NCBI RefSeq assembly: GCF_000315625.1
Contig: NW_005434665.1
Location: 198,969-262,968 of the forward strand
Origin: Guillardia theta CCMP2712
Lineage: Eukaryota > Protista > Cryptophyta
Direction of reading: 5' to 3'
DNA: 64,000 nt
The notes beneath the pieces were generated by a model. The model was not told where the DNA came from. It made no database searches and saw only the letters and a list, made by a program, of their open reading frames with translations. Shown here piece by piece: positions 60,988-64,000 of the stretch. Every line of letters starts with the position of its first letter. Positions within the stretch are counted from its first letter, which is position 1. Made by a program: the position numbers and the translations under genes.

Positions 60988-62257
60988 ATGTCCAACTACA
61001 TTCCGAGCGCGGTGGCCAACATCGTCGCTGTTCCCGTGCAAATGTCCATGGATGGACAGTCTCCCCTGGAATCCTGCGGATGGGAGGCAGTAGACATTCA
61101 CTCGCACGGTGAAAACTGGAGTGTGGTTGGCGAGTCTACTCAAGTTCTCATGGCGAAGCTCCTCAGCGAGCAGGTTTGTGAGCTTGTCTTACGGTAGCTG
61201 TATGAGACTTGATGCACAGGAAGTGCTGACGGAGCCGGGGGGGATGATGATTCACTCCTCAGGCATCAAGCCGTCCATGAACATGGGAGGACTGTGGTTG
61301 GGTATACGTCGAGCGTTCTGTGCTGGGGAGTCGTGCTGTCGCGTGCAGTGGAAGAATCATGGTGAGTCGCACTTGAGGAAGGGGCTCGGTTCAAACCTGT
61401 TGTTTCCAGAAAGTCAGCCCAAGATCATGACGATTCATCCCTCCTTCCCGTCCAAGGTTGGTCGGGAGGTTTGCCGGACAAGCACGCTCACAGTCAGTGC
61501 GATTGAGCAGGTTGTGCCGGTCAACCTGGACGAATTCCAGGGATCCATGTACATGAAGCGAGCAGCCTGGATGGCTTCACTGAATACGTGAGTTAGTGCG
61601 CTTCTTCAAAGATGATGGCAATGACGACCAAAACTTGACAGACAACTGGAGTTTGACATCAAAATGGCTCCATCCTGTACAGCTGCTTGGTGTGCGGGGC
61701 AGGTCTCCATTGGCATCGTTATGTTGCTGGGTCTGACGTGCTCGTGGGGACCCGTCAGGGTTGCTGCTTGACCCTGGTCAAGGGTCGAGGACTCACCTTT
61801 CTCAATGTTGGCGGAACAGTGCTGAAGAAAACTCTGAGAGACGGTTGCTACTTCCCGTCTTCCCTTGACTTGAGCTGAGGCCCGTGCAGGTGAGAAGGTT
61901 TTCATCGACACGTCTGCGCTGGTTGCCTGGGCCACGACGGTGATGGTTCGCTCCTGCTACCACCCTTCATTCTCTGTTACAGGCCACCATCAGCGCGGAG
62001 CGAGCGGGGAACTGCTGCACCATTGTCAGGGTGTGCAGGAGAGGATGAGGGGACTGACTGGGTTGCTGCAGTGTTGTGGTGGGATGGGGTTGGCCAACAC
62101 GACCATCACTGGTCCGGGAGTTGTCTACATTCAGAGCATGTCGAGAGAGAAGGCTGCGCAGGTACAATGACCGTGCCTAGGGTGCTGCCGCGTCATTGGG
62201 ACATGTAACGGCTGTCAACAGGGATACATGATGGCTGCTCGCGCAAACAGCAAGTAG
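60988..62257 (+). CDS. AIM24/DUF124-family protein (paralogue C)
   Basis: WSVVGESTQVLMAKL | EVLTEPGGMM..AGES..PSFPSK | VVPVNL..GLTFLNVGGTVLKKTL..CCGGMGLANTTITGPGVVYIQSMS. Confidence 0.85.
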
Positions 62258-63023
62258 ATCGCTTCCTGGCCCTGATCCTCACATCTAAACCTTTTGATGT
62301 GATTCACAACTCGGCCCTTGACCTCTACACCTGGGATTCGGGAACGACAGTGCGGGACTGGCACGTCAGGTTCCGAGGCATCCGAGAACTCAGGAGCCGC
62401 TAAGGGCTCCGAACTTCGGCGGATCCAGAACTGAATAAACTGATCATAGCCTGATGCCAAGTGAATCTCAGGCTCTCAGACTCACTCACTCACTGCCATG
62501 ACTGACAGTTATCAGTCACCAGGCACTCAGGCTGTGTTGGTATGGATGTTCAAACTGATACTCGTGCTTACTTTAACAGCTGCCACTCTATGATTATTGA
62601 CCGAACTCGGGAAGGACTTGAAGTGTATCTCAGTGTGACTCGTGATTTACTCATGAAGGACAAGTGAGGCTAACTAAGGCTAGGGCCGCAGGGAGAGATT
62701 ACCATATCAAGTCCGCCTCAGAGAGATATAGGAACAAAAGAAGGGGCAGTGAAAAAACTTACTACAAGGGTATATATATGACCATCGTCCCATGATAGGT
62801 TTATAATAGTTTTAATCATCGGAGCGCACGTGAAGGGAGGAGGCAGGCAAGCCCTGAGGAGCAACAGGAACAAGAAGGAGAAGGAGAAGGAGAAGGAGAA
62901 GAGGTAGAGGACGAGGAAGCACATCAAGGAAGACAAGGACAGACAGCTCAAGGACCTTGTCTCGTTGTTGCCACTCGTTTCTTGGACTGTTACTTGAGGC
63001 CCTTACCTGACTCAACCCTCACC

Positions 63024-64000
63024 ATGGTTGTGTACAACTTCAAGAAGATCGCCCCTGTCCCGACGTCCAAAGATTTCGTCGATGTTGTGCTCAGCAAGAC
63101 CCAGAGACAAACGCCGACGGTTGTTCACAAGCAGTATGCCATCGGGCGAATCAGAGCCTTCTACATGCGCAAGGTCAAGTACGCGCAGCAGTGCTACGAG
63201 GAGAAGATTGCCCGCATCCTCGATGAGTTTCCTCGGCTGAACGACATTCACCCCTTCTATGCAGACCTGATGAATGTGCTGTATGACAGAGATCACTACA
63301 AGCTTGCTCTTGGTCAGCTCAACATGGCACGAGGGCTCATAGACAAGATAGGAAAGGACTACCTGAGGCTCCTCAAGTTCGGCGACTCCCTGTACCGCTG
63401 CAAGCAGCTCAAGAGAGCTGCGCTGGGTCGCATGTGCACGTTGATGAAGAAGCTCAAGTCTTCGCTGGAGTACCTCGAGCAAGTCCGCCAGCACTTGGCT
63501 CGCTTGCCTTCCATCGACCCCAACACGCGCACCCTCCTGATCTGTGGATTCCCCAACGTCGGGAAGTCCTCCTTCATGAACAAGGTGACGAGAGCAGATG
63601 TGGAGGTGCAGCCGTACGCGTTCACCACCAAGTCGCTCTTCGTCGGCCACATGGACTACAAGTACCTTCGATGGCAGGTGATCGACACGCCAGGGATCCT
63701 CGACCACTCGCTGGAGGAGCGAAACACGATCGAGATGCAGTCGGTGACGGCGCTTGTGCACCTCAAGGCGTGCATCCTCTACTTCGTCGACCTCTCTGAG
63801 CAGTGCGGGTACTCGATCAAGCAGCAGGTCTCTCTCTTCCAGAACATCAAGCCTCTCTTCGAAGGGAAGCCCCTCATGGTGGTGCTCAACAAGAGCGACA
63901 TGAAGACCGTTGACCAGTGCTCGCCGGAGGAGCAGGAGCTTGTGAAGACGATGCAAGGGGCCAACGTCCAGTTTATCACCTGCTCGACTCTCACGGAAGA
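63024..64000 (+). CDS. NOG1: Nucleolar GTP-binding protein 1 (5' part; runs off the window)
   Basis: My translation: [75 protein letters not shown]. Absent from the ORF track because there is no stop in the window. Confidence 0.96.
   Translation, partial: MVVYNFKKIAPVPTSKDFVDVVLSKTQRQTPTVVHKQYAIGRIRAFYMRKVKYAQQCYEEKIARILDEFPRLNDIHPFYADLMNVLYDRDHYKLALGQLNMARGLIDKIGKDYLRLLKFGDSLYRCKQLKRAALGRMCTLMKKLKSSLEYLEQVRQHLARLPSIDPNTRTLLICGFPNVGKSSFMNKVTRADVEVQPYAFTTKSLFVGHMDYKYLRWQVIDTPGILDHSLEERNTIEMQSVTALVHLKACILYFVDLSEQCGYSIKQQVSLFQNIKPLFEGKPLMVVLNKSDMKTVDQCSPEEQELVKTMQGANVQFITCSTLTE

Noticed and set aside
63012-63956. 314-aa minus-strand ORF
   Set aside because: Antisense shadow of the clear NOG1 coding sequence on the plus strand.
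1-64000. Prokaryotic, organellar or nucleomorph origin; rRNA/tRNA genes; intact transposons
   Set aside because: Moderate-to-high GC, abundant spliceosomal introns and a flagellar gene indicate a host nuclear genome. No structural RNA gene, transposase or reverse transcriptase was recognised by eye.

Overview
Gene-dense eukaryotic nuclear DNA with many short (about 40-65 nt) GT-AG introns, simple repeats and one 100-N gap. The content points to a flagellated alga with a complex plastid, most likely a cryptophyte such as Guillardia theta (inference). About 28 protein-coding genes are recognisable. Housekeeping genes include IFT74, ALG12, RPB4, proteasome alpha-6 and RPN10, S-formylglutathione hydrolase, a prolyl 4-hydroxylase, a WW/DEAD-box helicase, a CAF16-like ABC ATPase and NOG1. 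The standout is a spliced minus-strand microbial rhodopsin (8760 to about 7074) with the signatures of a light-gated ANION channelrhodopsin: TM2 Glu, no carboxylate at the bacteriorhodopsin D85 position, DxxxKN in TM7, an N-terminal/ECL3 Cys pair and a long cytoplasmic tail. It is divergent from GtACR1/2 at gating residues and lies head-to-head with the flagellar gene IFT74. Also notable are a large C2/PA/split caspase-like/SPRY protein, a receptor-like transmembrane RING ligase, a cluster of three AIM24 paralogues, a double Zn2Cys6 factor, and two recurring classes of intergenic motif. All homology calls come from recognising motifs by eye; no searches were run, and some exon ends are approximate.
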